64,000 nt of DNA, from positions 20,697 through 84,696 of IMG/VR virus record IMGVR_UViG_3300044712_000792. One strand, 5' to 3'. Below are positions 9,771-18,349 of this stretch, in pieces. A program made the translations under genes and the position numbers. Source of the stretch: a virus. The notes beneath the pieces were generated by a model that saw only the letters and a list, made by a program, of their open reading frames with translations, was not told where the DNA came from and made no database searches. Position 1 is the first letter of the stretch. Each line of letters begins with the position of its first letter.

Positions 9771-10064
9771 ATGATGACATTTCTGTTGGTTTTGGGTGTG
9801 TGTATATTGTGTGGTGTTACCAGATGGTTTGTCAATAAGTACCTTATGATTAAGCCATACAACCCAATAGAAATACAATTCCGGAGTTTTGAAATACTTA
9901 ATACTGACTGTCCTTTTGCCACCCCATTAATGGATAGAGATGTTGAAGGGAAGCCAGAAGTTATTGGGAGTTGTTGTACTTTAGTGATGAAAAAAGCATG
10001 TTCAGAGACGATATGCCCATTGCTTAAAATCTATGATGAACGAGGAGAAGAAGGGGATTATTGA
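9771..10064 (+). CDS. membrane-anchored Cys-containing protein
   Basis: N-terminal hydrophobic helix, CPF...C...C....CPL. Confidence 0.6.
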   Translation: MMTFLLVLGVCILCGVTRWFVNKYLMIKPYNPIEIQFRSFEILNTDCPFATPLMDRDVEGKPEVIGSCCTLVMKKACSETICPLLKIYDERGEEGDY

Positions 10065-10112
10065 TTAATAAAATCCTATACTTAATTTTTTGTTTAATGT
10101 GTTTTACAATAT

Positions 10113-10337
10113 ATGGTGATTCTTTGGTGGCTTACAAGTCTGCTTGCAATTCTTGGTAGCATCCTTAATATAAGAAAAAACTATTGGTGTTTTGTTATTT
10201 GGATTATAACGAACTTGGTCTGGGGTTTTGTTGACCTAATCAATAAAAACCCTAGATGCTTGTTCTTTTTTGTAGGTATAGGTATGTGTATTTGGGGATT
10301 ATTAAAATGGGTAAAAGAAAGGAAAACCGATGGATAA
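10113..10337 (+). CDS. small PnuC-like membrane protein (3 TM)
   Basis: G..LN..K...CF.IW...N..W...G...W pattern. Confidence 0.65.
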   Translation: MVILWWLTSLLAILGSILNIRKNYWCFVIWIITNLVWGFVDLINKNPRCLFFFVGIGMCIWGLLKWVKERKTDG

Positions 10338-11124
10338 AATAGCCTTTTGGATTATCACTTACAAAGACATATCAAACATTAAACCGATGGTAGAAAAAAT
10401 TTCAGAGATTACCAACTTTCCCTTTAGTATTCAGATACTTGACAACACAGATGATGACCCAACAATACTAGAATCTTTGAAAGCTATTGAGACTGAATAC
10501 AAAGAAAAGGGTGTAGATATAACAATTCATACCGCTGGAAAAAATTTGTATTGGAGTAAGGGTATGAATTATCTAGACGAAAACACAGAATTTACTCCGT
10601 ATGTAATTTATCTGTGTTCTAGGCATATCACAATCAATGACATTAGTGGCTTTGATGATATGATAAACGCACTAAAAGATAATCCTAAAGCTGCACAGTC
10701 TGGTAGAGTTGCTAGATGTGCTGGTCTATATTACTTTAAGGCACAGAACGCACCTTACCCACCACCTCCAGAGAAGTTTCTACATACTTTTCCTAGATTT
10801 CTCCCTAAATTAGAAGGTAAGTTTAGTAGATTAGAGATATTCAAAGGTGGTAGGATTTATACCCATGTTCAAGGTGGTTTGTTTGCTTTTAACAGACAGA
10901 TTTTAAGAGATGTAACTGGCTATGATGAAGTTTTAGTTCATTATTATTCTGACCTTGAAATGGGGGTCAGACTACAATGTTACGGATATGACCTAGTTAA
11001 TGTTCCAACTATTTATAGTGCAATAACAAACATAGAAGTTATACCTAAAGGTGAGTTTAAGATAATGCACTCCTATGCAGACCAGAAAGTAGAAGGAGCG
11101 GAGACAGCTAATGAAAGACCTTAA
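10330..11124 (+). CDS. glycosyltransferase family 2-like (GT-A)
   Basis: IITY, ILDN, N..WSKG.N, VQGG.F, GYDE...YYSD.E...R....GY. Confidence 0.75.
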   Translation: MDKIAFWIITYKDISNIKPMVEKISEITNFPFSIQILDNTDDDPTILESLKAIETEYKEKGVDITIHTAGKNLYWSKGMNYLDENTEFTPYVIYLCSRHITINDISGFDDMINALKDNPKAAQSGRVARCAGLYYFKAQNAPYPPPPEKFLHTFPRFLPKLEGKFSRLEIFKGGRIYTHVQGGLFAFNRQILRDVTGYDEVLVHYYSDLEMGVRLQCYGYDLVNVPTIYSAITNIEVIPKGEFKIMHSYADQKVEGAETANERP

Positions 11125-12310
11125 AGTTTTGTATAGTATTTCAGATGTTAATGGTTGTTCATTTTATCGTATGTTTGTTCCAGCTTCAGCATTAAGACGA
11201 GATAATGTAAATGCTATTATAACAAATTTGAGTGATGCTAATATCAATACTGATGATGAAGATATTTGTATTATTCAAAGGCAATATCTACCAGAAGCAT
11301 TTGAAGCTATTATCCGTAAAAGGCAAAAAGGTATTAAGATTGTTGGAGAATTGGACGACAACTTCTGGAACATACCTAAAGAGAATAGTAACAGATTTGC
11401 TTATGATAGCAGTTTTATAAAGCAACAGGAAGAAAAAGCTAGACAAGAAGGTAAATTAGGGGAAGGGCAGCATTTCCTTGATACAAAACATTTCTTGACA
11501 GAATTTATAAGAATGTGTGATGCTGTAATAGTATCTACATATTCGTTAGCCAATGTCATAAAACAGTTTAATAAGCATGTATATGTGTCTTACAATTATC
11601 TAGCCGATGATTTGTTCTTTTACATTAACCCACCACTTAAGATAGTTAAAGGAGAAAAGATAAGGATATTGTGGACAGGTTCACCCACGCACGATGGTGA
11701 TGTTCCTTTCGCTATTGAGGCTATTAAAAACCTTATTAGAAAAGGGAACAACATACAATTTGTTATTCTTGGAACACCTCCTATGCAGTATTCTCCAGAA
11801 TTTGTAATAGATGAAACACTTGAAATTCACCATCCAATAACTCCAGTTCCTTCTTATTATCATTATCTCCAAACTATACCAGCACATATTGGTATAGCAC
11901 CTTTAGCCAAAAACGCTTTTAACGACTGTAAGAGTTGGATTAAGGGGTTGGAATATGGTATGAGTGGGTATTGCCCTCTATTGCAGAAGTCTAACCCATA
12001 CTCGTCATTAGCGTATGAATTAGGGTATAGAATACCTCTAGTTGAAAAGAACACAACTCCTGCCTGGGAAGGTGCTTTACAACATTTAATTGAAGATACT
12101 GAATACACTTATAATACTGCTTGTAAATTCCAAAAAGATGTTGTAACTAAATTTGGTGCGTTCGCCCATAGAAATGATTATCGTGATTTATTTGATAAGA
12201 TAATGCACCTAGAACACAATCAGTATATGCCTAAACAATTACCATTGAGAACACCCCCTCCTACTGATGGCACTCCTATAGCAGCATACACAAAAGTAGT
12301 AACTTCATAA
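11111..12310 (+). CDS. GT-B glycosyltransferase (GT4-like)
   Basis: GC.FYR...P, IQRQ, ELDDN, D.V.VST..LA, WTGSPTH..D, IGIAPL...FN..KS.IK.LEY. Confidence 0.82.
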   Translation: MKDLKVLYSISDVNGCSFYRMFVPASALRRDNVNAIITNLSDANINTDDEDICIIQRQYLPEAFEAIIRKRQKGIKIVGELDDNFWNIPKENSNRFAYDSSFIKQQEEKARQEGKLGEGQHFLDTKHFLTEFIRMCDAVIVSTYSLANVIKQFNKHVYVSYNYLADDLFFYINPPLKIVKGEKIRILWTGSPTHDGDVPFAIEAIKNLIRKGNNIQFVILGTPPMQYSPEFVIDETLEIHHPITPVPSYYHYLQTIPAHIGIAPLAKNAFNDCKSWIKGLEYGMSGYCPLLQKSNPYSSLAYELGYRIPLVEKNTTPAWEGALQHLIEDTEYTYNTACKFQKDVVTKFGAFAHRNDYRDLFDKIMHLEHNQYMPKQLPLRTPPPTDGTPIAAYTKVVTS

Positions 12311-12312
12311 TT

Positions 12313-12345
12313 TTATTGTGTATTTGTTTTATAATATGAGGGAGG
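12313..12345 (+). promoter_or_regulatory. class A motif plus RBS
   Basis: TTATTGTGTATTTGTTTTATAATATGAGGGAGG. Confidence 0.7.
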
Positions 12346-12349
12346 TTGA

Positions 12350-13600
12350 ATGTTTGTTCCTAGATTATTGTTTGAAGATACTGATGACATTCCATTGACC
12401 CTTGAAAATGGGGATAAAGGTATAAATGTATTAAGCCTTTTTGATGGAATAAGTTGTGCTAGACTTGCATTAGATAAAGCAAACATAAAGGTAAATACTT
12501 ATTATGCCTCTGAAATTGACAAGTATGCTATTGCTATTTCCAAAAAGAATTACCCAAGCATTATACCTATTGGTTGTGTGGAAAACATAAGTTTTATAGA
12601 TAATACTTTAATATCACATATTGACGATATGATAACTTTCAAAAATCCTAGTATTGATTTGATTATAGGTGGTAGTCCTTGTCAAGACCTTTCAATAGCA
12701 AATAAGGGTAGGGAAGGTTTGGCGGGTAAAAGGTCAGGTCTGTTTTGGGAGTATGTAAGAATAGTAAAAGAAATAAGGCCAAAGTATTTCATATTGGAAA
12801 ATGTAGCCTCAATGCCTAAAGAAGCTAAAATGGTTATTACAGAAGCATTGTTTGGTGTTACTCCTAATATTATAAATGCTTCTTTAGTTTCGGCACAGCA
12901 AAGGAAAAGGCTGTTTTGGGTCGGAGTTAAAAATGGAGATACTTATGATTCTGTTCTAATCCCACAGCCTACCGATAAAGGAATTATGCTTAAAGATATA
13001 ATAGTCAATGAGGTTGATGAGAAATACATTATTTCAGATAAGCATTATGAACGAATGAAAAGCCATAATAAGAACTTTAAGGTTAGAGATTTGGATGGTA
13101 AAACAACTACTATTATAGCTTCTTATTATAAAATACCTTCAGATGGTAACTATGTGCGAGTAGCAAAAGCACCAAACGGTAAAATATTGGTGATACATAT
13201 GGACAAGACACCCCATTCTTTTAAAGAAGTAAGAACAGATATAGGGAAAGCAAAGAGAAGAGAACATAGAAAATTGACTGGTGAAGATACTACAAGGCGT
13301 GGTATAGATGATAAAATGTATATTCCAAACACTTCTGGTAAAGCTAACTGTGCCACAACAGCAGTAGGTGTAGAAGGTTTAATAGCCGATACTGATTATG
13401 TTAGAAAGCTATTACCTATTGAGTTTGAAAGATTACAATGCATCCCTGATTATTATACTGCTTTAGGTATAGATGAATTGGGAAAAGAAATAGAGATTAG
13501 TGATACCCAAAGATATAAAACATTGGGAAATTCGTTCAACGCAGAGGTAGTAGCACATATTTTCCGTTACATATCGCAGAAAGAATATAAATCTGCGTAA
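12350..13600 (+). CDS. DNA (cytosine-5) methyltransferase
   Basis: LSLFDGI (motif I), GGSPCQ (IV), ENV (VI), Q.RKR (VIII), ERLQ and RYK.LGNS (IX/X). Confidence 0.93.
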   Translation: MFVPRLLFEDTDDIPLTLENGDKGINVLSLFDGISCARLALDKANIKVNTYYASEIDKYAIAISKKNYPSIIPIGCVENISFIDNTLISHIDDMITFKNPSIDLIIGGSPCQDLSIANKGREGLAGKRSGLFWEYVRIVKEIRPKYFILENVASMPKEAKMVITEALFGVTPNIINASLVSAQQRKRLFWVGVKNGDTYDSVLIPQPTDKGIMLKDIIVNEVDEKYIISDKHYERMKSHNKNFKVRDLDGKTTTIIASYYKIPSDGNYVRVAKAPNGKILVIHMDKTPHSFKEVRTDIGKAKRREHRKLTGEDTTRRGIDDKMYIPNTSGKANCATTAVGVEGLIADTDYVRKLLPIEFERLQCIPDYYTALGIDELGKEIEISDTQRYKTLGNSFNAEVVAHIFRYISQKEYKSA

Positions 13601-13611
13601 AAATAGTCCGT

Positions 13612-13685
13612 AGGCGGTTGGTGAAATAGTATCACAGATGGCTTTGACCCATCAGTCGTTGGAGCGTAACCAGCACCGCCTGCCA
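13612..13685 (+). tRNA. tRNA-Gln(UUG) with non-canonical D/T loops
   Basis: Acceptor AGGCGGT/ACCGCCT, D stem GTGA/TCAC, anticodon stem GATGG/CCATC with loop CT-TTG-AC, T stem GTTGG/CCAGC, discriminator G and encoded CCA. Confidence 0.85.
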
Positions 13686-13736
13686 ATATCTACAATATAT
13701 AGTCCTATTACTAAACGCAACCACAATTAGTGCTAC

Positions 13737-13767
13737 TTGACAAAATCAAGTTTTTGATACATATTAT
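13737..13767 (+). promoter_or_regulatory. sigma70-type promoter (upstream copy)
   Basis: TTGACA followed after 17-19 nt by CATATT/TATTAT. Confidence 0.5.
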
Positions 13768-13840
13768 ATATGCAAGGCAATGGATGCCTTGAGGGAGGTG
13801 GCAGATGAAAAGGACAGAAGGAAATGAAGAAAAGAAGGCC

Positions 13841-13869
13841 TTGACAAACGCCACCGGAAATGATATATT
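13841..13869 (+). promoter_or_regulatory. sigma70-type promoter with extended -10
   Basis: TTGACA-17 nt-TATATT with TG immediately upstream of the -10; RBS GGGAGG and ATG 13889 follow. Confidence 0.7.
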
Positions 13870-13888
13870 AGATAGTGGGAGGTTCGGG

Positions 13889-14821
13889 ATGGAAGTAGTA
13901 GAGAAGAAGAAAAGAGGAAGACCTAGGAAGGTTGTTCCTGTTGTTGAAACCATTGTGGAAGAATCTGTAAATGATGTGATGGAGAAGGTTATGGCAAATG
14001 TAGATGCGGATAACATTACCTTTGATGTCTGTTCTAATTGCGGTTCTATGCTGATTAAAGAAGACAACGAAATGGTTTGTCCTAATTGCGTAGAACTTCC
14101 AATTTCAAAGACTTGTTCAGAGTGTGGTGGATTTCTTATGGAAGTTGATGGAGAGACCATTTGTGGTTCTTGCGGTAAAGTTTTCTCCGACACTCCCAAT
14201 GTAAACGCTTGCTCTGATTGCGGTGGTGTCATCTTTACCGAGGAAGACGAGAGCATGTGTTCTTGCTGTGGGAAGGTGTTCTTCGTAAAAGAAGCAAAGG
14301 AAGAAGTTGTTGTGAATGAGGTATTTACCGATGAATTGGCAAATATCATCAAGTCAGAACATCAGCTTTTTTCTAATCTTGCTTCTAAATACGCCAATTC
14401 CTTCACTGGCGATAAGGAAGACTTGTATAACGACTTGGTAATCAAGACTTACGAAATCTACAATGCCAAGGCAAGCCAGTTCTGCGGTTACAATGCGGAC
14501 TTCAGAAACTTCCTTATTAGGTCACTCAAGAACTACTGCCTTAACTCTATTTCCTACGCTAATAGGCACGGAAATAAGGAAGCCAATGAAATACCCGAAA
14601 ACTACCACAAGGCTTCCACTACGATTGAATACAACGACCTTACGGCAAGGGAAAGGTATTTGATAGAGGTATTTGATGTCCTAGATACAGAGAAGTATAA
14701 CATCAAGAAGTGGGACGACAAACGCCTTCTAAATACCGTCTGTGTGGATATAGCTGAAAAAGAGAACACAGACCCTCACTACATCTTGAGAGAGTTTAAG
14801 GTTCTAGCTTCTAAACTATAA
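13889..14821 (+). CDS. AT-hook + three Zn ribbons + sigma70 region-2-like transcription factor (alternative start 13805)
   Basis: KKKRGRPRK; CSNC/CPNC, CSEC/CGSC, CSDC/CSCC; LASKY....DKEDL.....IK.YE...FRNFLIRSLKNYCLN. Confidence 0.6.
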   Translation: MEVVEKKKRGRPRKVVPVVETIVEESVNDVMEKVMANVDADNITFDVCSNCGSMLIKEDNEMVCPNCVELPISKTCSECGGFLMEVDGETICGSCGKVFSDTPNVNACSDCGGVIFTEEDESMCSCCGKVFFVKEAKEEVVVNEVFTDELANIIKSEHQLFSNLASKYANSFTGDKEDLYNDLVIKTYEIYNAKASQFCGYNADFRNFLIRSLKNYCLNSISYANRHGNKEANEIPENYHKASTTIEYNDLTARERYLIEVFDVLDTEKYNIKKWDDKRLLNTVCVDIAEKENTDPHYILREFKVLASKL

Positions 14822-14863
14822 CCTTAACATTGCTTGGATTGGCTATTGAAAGGAGAGTGTGCG

Positions 14864-15319
14864 ATGAAAGTAGAACTCAAGAACCTCGAAGGACACGACG
14901 GACACGATAGCTTTTGCTTCAGAGCAACCCTTTATGTTGATGGGGTTAAAAGTGGCGATGTAACCAATGATGGCAATGGTGGTTGTCATATGTTTGATGA
15001 TTGGAATGTTGCCAAAAAGCTAAATGAGTATGCCAAAACCTTACCCAAAAACAAATTTCCAGCAGAGTTGGGTGGTGGGGAATATGAACAGAGTGCAGAC
15101 TCTTTGGTTGATGATGCTATTGATGCTTACTTTAAAGCTAAAGACGAGAAGAAATTCAAAAAGGCTTTGGAAACTATGACACTTTTCACGCTACCCGAAG
15201 ATAAAGCTAAAGGTATTGCCTATAGGTCTCTTAAAGCACCTTATAGCGAAAAGACAAAAAGCTTCATTCTGTCAAAATTTCCCAATGCTACCATTTTGAA
15301 TGAGGGAGGTAGAAAATGA
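14864..15319 (+). CDS. conserved-looking phage hypothetical protein
   Basis: AAGGAG RBS; CF.ATLYVDG...G...NDG.GG. Confidence 0.75.
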   Translation: MKVELKNLEGHDGHDSFCFRATLYVDGVKSGDVTNDGNGGCHMFDDWNVAKKLNEYAKTLPKNKFPAELGGGEYEQSADSLVDDAIDAYFKAKDEKKFKKALETMTLFTLPEDKAKGIAYRSLKAPYSEKTKSFILSKFPNATILNEGGRK

Positions 15320-15582
15320 AAAAGTACATTGTTTGGGACAGAACCGATGAAGGAGAATCTAAACCCGATGTTAGAGAGGCTGTGGAGGCTGTAGTTCCAA
15401 AAGAAAGAATCAATGTATTTAAACTTTGTTGGTATTTAATTATCAACAAGCGTTTTCGCTTCTTTCTTGAAGAAACACTTAAATATGCCTTAAGACATTC
15501 TGATAGCTATTGTGGTGAAGGTGCAAGCGATGTAATATTGTTTAGGCATACGAAAGCCTACGGAAAAATATGGAAAAACTAA
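15316..15582 (+). CDS. hypothetical protein
   Basis: ATGA overlap, GGAGG RBS. Confidence 0.65.
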   Translation: MKKYIVWDRTDEGESKPDVREAVEAVVPKERINVFKLCWYLIINKRFRFFLEETLKYALRHSDSYCGEGASDVILFRHTKAYGKIWKN

Positions 15583-15605
15583 ATAGATGTTAGCGTTTTG
15601 TAGGT

Positions 15606-15636
15606 AAGGGTTGGTAGAAATATCAACCCTTTTTTA
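15606..15636 (+). terminator. intrinsic terminator
   Basis: 11-bp stem AAGGGTTGGTA/TATCAACCCTT, GAAA loop, T tract. Confidence 0.85.
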
Positions 15637-15664
15637 TTATGTATTTGTTTTAATAAGTAGGAGG
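15634..15664 (+). promoter_or_regulatory. class A motif plus RBS
   Basis: TTATTATGTATTTGTTTTAATAAGTAGGAGG directly after the terminator. Confidence 0.75.
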
Positions 15665-15669
15665 TTGTA

Positions 15670-15936
15670 GTGACTACAATAACAGATGAACAATTGAAAA
15701 ATTTAGCTAATTTAATAGAAGACATAAAAAGAGAGAACAGTAGACAAATTGATAAGTGGGGAGTTCAAAGCTGTTCACCCTTTGAGTGGATTACTTGGTT
15801 GACAGAAGAAACAGGTGAATTAGCACAAGCAGTTTCAGAACATTATTATAGAGGAAAGCCCAAAGAAGAGATATATAAAGAAGCCATACAAGTTGCATCT
15901 TTAGCATTAAAAATTGCGGAAATTCATAGGAGTTAA
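15670..15936 (+). CDS. MazG-like NTP pyrophosphohydrolase
   Basis: KWG.Q, L.EETGELAQA, E.IQVA. Confidence 0.75.
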   Translation: MTTITDEQLKNLANLIEDIKRENSRQIDKWGVQSCSPFEWITWLTEETGELAQAVSEHYYRGKPKEEIYKEAIQVASLALKIAEIHRS

Positions 15937-15940
15937 TGTG

Positions 15941-16294
15941 ATGGATTTTATGAAAATGTATATTCTAGAGGGTAAAGTACCTGTTGTTTGTGAAGATAGA
16001 ACAAAATATCTTGAATGGTTTTCAAACCATTTACGCAGAAGAGTGGCAAAAACAGAGAAAAATGATATAGTTGTTAGTACGGTTTTTTTAGGACTTAATC
16101 ACGGAATAGATGCAGCCAAACCAATACTATTTGAAACTATGGTATTTGGAGGTAAGTTTGATTCATATGCTGAACGCTATAGTACATGGGAAGAAGCGGA
16201 ACGAGGTCACGAAAATATGGTAAATCTAGTGTTTCCGAAAGTTTGGTGGGAAAAAATATTAGAAGCTATCTTTAGGTTTTTTAAGGAGGAATAG
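15941..16294 (+). CDS. phage hypothetical protein (VSTVFLG..H....P.LFETMVFGG family)
   Basis: Recognisable phage motif, RYSTWEEA..GH. Confidence 0.7.
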   Translation: MDFMKMYILEGKVPVVCEDRTKYLEWFSNHLRRRVAKTEKNDIVVSTVFLGLNHGIDAAKPILFETMVFGGKFDSYAERYSTWEEAERGHENMVNLVFPKVWWEKILEAIFRFFKEE

Positions 16295-16825
16295 ATGAAT
16301 TATATAGTTTTTGATTTAGAGGCTACATGTTGGAAAGAAGAACCATATAAAAAAGATATGGAAACTATTGAAATAGGTGCAGTTAAATTCAACGACAAGG
16401 GTGAAGTTATTGATGTGTTTGATGTTTATATTAAACCAACATTAAACCCTATTCTATCAGACTTTTGTAAGGAATTAACTCACATAACGCAAGAAACTGT
16501 TGACAATGCTAAAAACGGCAAAGAAGTCATAGAACGCTTTAGGTCTTGGGTTGGTGGGGGTTGGCTGTGTTCTTGGGGTTGGTATGACAAAAGACAACTT
16601 AAAATGGATTGCAAATTACACGGCATAGATGCTGATTGGCTTAAAAACCACATTAGTGTAAAGCATCAGTACATGGAAATGAAAGGTCTTGAAAAGTGTG
16701 GTTTAGGTAAAGCTATGGAATTAGAAGGTATTAAATTTTCAGGAACTCCACACAATGGATTTGATGATGCCTACAATATTGGTGTTATATTTCAGAAATA
16801 TTTTGACAAATGGATATTTAAATGA
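16295..16825 (+). CDS. DEDDh 3'-5' exonuclease (ERI-1/KapD-like)
   Basis: DLEATC, IEIGAV, WG.YD, H.G.DDA.N. Confidence 0.9.
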   Translation: MNYIVFDLEATCWKEEPYKKDMETIEIGAVKFNDKGEVIDVFDVYIKPTLNPILSDFCKELTHITQETVDNAKNGKEVIERFRSWVGGGWLCSWGWYDKRQLKMDCKLHGIDADWLKNHISVKHQYMEMKGLEKCGLGKAMELEGIKFSGTPHNGFDDAYNIGVIFQKYFDKWIFK

Positions 16826-17896
16826 TTATCCGTAAGTGATGATTTCTGTCATAATATCTACCTTACCTGCTGTTGCCTCTGTAAATGTTAAGGTAAAGTA
16901 TGTGACATAGTTTGTCAATGTATAATTAGCTTCTGGAACTACATCACTATTTGCATCCCAAACAACCAAATGCTGTGTTGTGGTCGGTGCATAAGCTATA
17001 GTCCAAGTAGTAGATGCCGTATCTTGTTCATGAGTATATAATTTTTCAATAGTTACAAGTTCTCTTAATTCTTCGGTTGTGGTGGTAGAACTAGCTACTG
17101 CTTCCGAAGCTTTTTTTTGCAAGAAAACAGAAGTAATAGACTTTTCCACTCTTGAGGGTAGGGTTGGTAAATAAGCCTCAAGCGTAAAAGTTGCAGAAGC
17201 TCTAACCATTCTTTCTGTATCTGCTGCTGCTATTAGACTTGTTTGTGCTATTGTATTATCAAAATGGCATCGTATCACTTCGGCAAAATCTATCTGTGGG
17301 GCGTAAATAGAAAAGTAAAAATCTGGCTGAAATGGAAGGAGAAATTGTTCAGTAAGCATTTGCAATTCTTGCTGATATTTAGTCCAAAAATTAACTGTAT
17401 ATTTCAAGTCCATCTGTTTATGGACACCTTTACTCTCAACAAATTTCTTCGTTAGGTCATCAAACCACACCCTTCTTTTATGGGAAATAGCCAAAGTCGG
17501 ACCACGATTTACAACCCTAGTGCTGTCAGTTCTTACAAAAGAGATAGCAGGTAGATTTATTCTACCCATCATATTGCCTACGCCTTCCTTCTGATTGGCT
17601 GAAAATAACCTTTCTGGAACTCCGTAGGTGATATTTGTAACTGGTATTACATCTTGATTAGCGGCATCTAATATCTCAAAACCCTTAAACCACTTCTTGA
17701 GCATACCATCATATACCTCTAAAAAGCCACTATAAGCGTTTTTAACACCCCTTGAGTTAAGCCCTAGTATGAAGTCATAGGTAGTCTGTTCTTCGCTTCC
17801 TTTCCATTGATAAGAAGCGTCATAGCCTTCACCCTCATTTTTGATACCTACAGTATAAGATTGAAAGATACCTGGGTTATTAATGCTATCTACCAT
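16826..17896 (-). CDS. tail completion/terminator protein (T4 gp15-like) with C-terminal small beta domain
   Basis: YGVPER, LPAISF.R, DL.Y.VNFWTK...E...L.EQ.L..F; C-terminal HEQ.TASTTWTI. Confidence 0.7.
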   Translation of the reverse strand: MVDSINNPGIFQSYTVGIKNEGEGYDASYQWKGSEEQTTYDFILGLNSRGVKNAYSGFLEVYDGMLKKWFKGFEILDAANQDVIPVTNITYGVPERLFSANQKEGVGNMMGRINLPAISFVRTDSTRVVNRGPTLAISHKRRVWFDDLTKKFVESKGVHKQMDLKYTVNFWTKYQQELQMLTEQFLLPFQPDFYFSIYAPQIDFAEVIRCHFDNTIAQTSLIAAADTERMVRASATFTLEAYLPTLPSRVEKSITSVFLQKKASEAVASSTTTTEELRELVTIEKLYTHEQDTASTTWTIAYAPTTTQHLVVWDANSDVVPEANYTLTNYVTYFTLTFTEATAGKVDIMTEIITYG

Positions 17897-18349
17897 TTAT
17901 TCTCCATAATGTTTTGCCCCTAATGCCTTTAGTTTTTCAATAATATCTTTTACATTTCTACCTGATTTTTCCAATGTTTCTGCCATATCTAAAGGTGTTT
18001 TTTTATAACTTTTGTAACCCCGTGGAGAAAGCCAACTATAAGACACCAAAAAGTTTACATCAAGTTTTGTACTTTTAGCATATGCTAAAAATAGTCTTAC
18101 CATATTAAGTCTTTTATTAAATAAAGCAAGGGAAAATGGGGTATGTTGTCCTATTCTAGTATTAACATCAATCTTCAGTTCTTTAGCACAAGACAAAACA
18201 AGTTTAAGCATATCATATCTATAATACTCTACCATATAATATAAATTATCATAAGCATTTATATTAGCACCCTGTTCAAGAAGCTGAACAAATGTAAAAA
18301 AGTTATTATGTACTACAGAACTTCTTAATTCAAAATTAAGGTCAGCCAC
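17897..18349 (-). CDS. ankyrin-repeat protein (family member 1)
   Basis: LLEQGANIN, HTPFSLA, KTPLDMA, ends KLKALGAK. Confidence 0.85.
   Translation of the reverse strand: MADLNFELRSSVVHNNFFTFVQLLEQGANINAYDNLYYMVEYYRYDMLKLVLSCAKELKIDVNTRIGQHTPFSLALFNKRLNMVRLFLAYAKSTKLDVNFLVSYSWLSPRGYKSYKKTPLDMAETLEKSGRNVKDIIEKLKALGAKHYGE

Noticed and set aside
12350-13600. Intein or intron in the methyltransferase or ligase
   Set aside because: No C...HN splice motifs or LAGLIDADG/HNH domain; the extra length lies in the variable target-recognition region
13711-14352. 213-aa minus-strand ORF with PQxEQ repeats, and other antisense or nested ORFs in the track
   Set aside because: They mirror the sense gene (PQ.EQ is the reverse complement of CxxCG codons) and lack RBS or independent motifs
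1905-15664. CRISPR array from the repeated ~25-nt motif
   Set aside because: Copies are kilobases apart and each precedes an RBS; no repeat-spacer periodicity
2125-15936. Z-genome pathway (DatZ-like HD plus MazZ-like)
   Set aside because: No PurZ in the window, the two genes are 13 kb apart, and both families are common in phages
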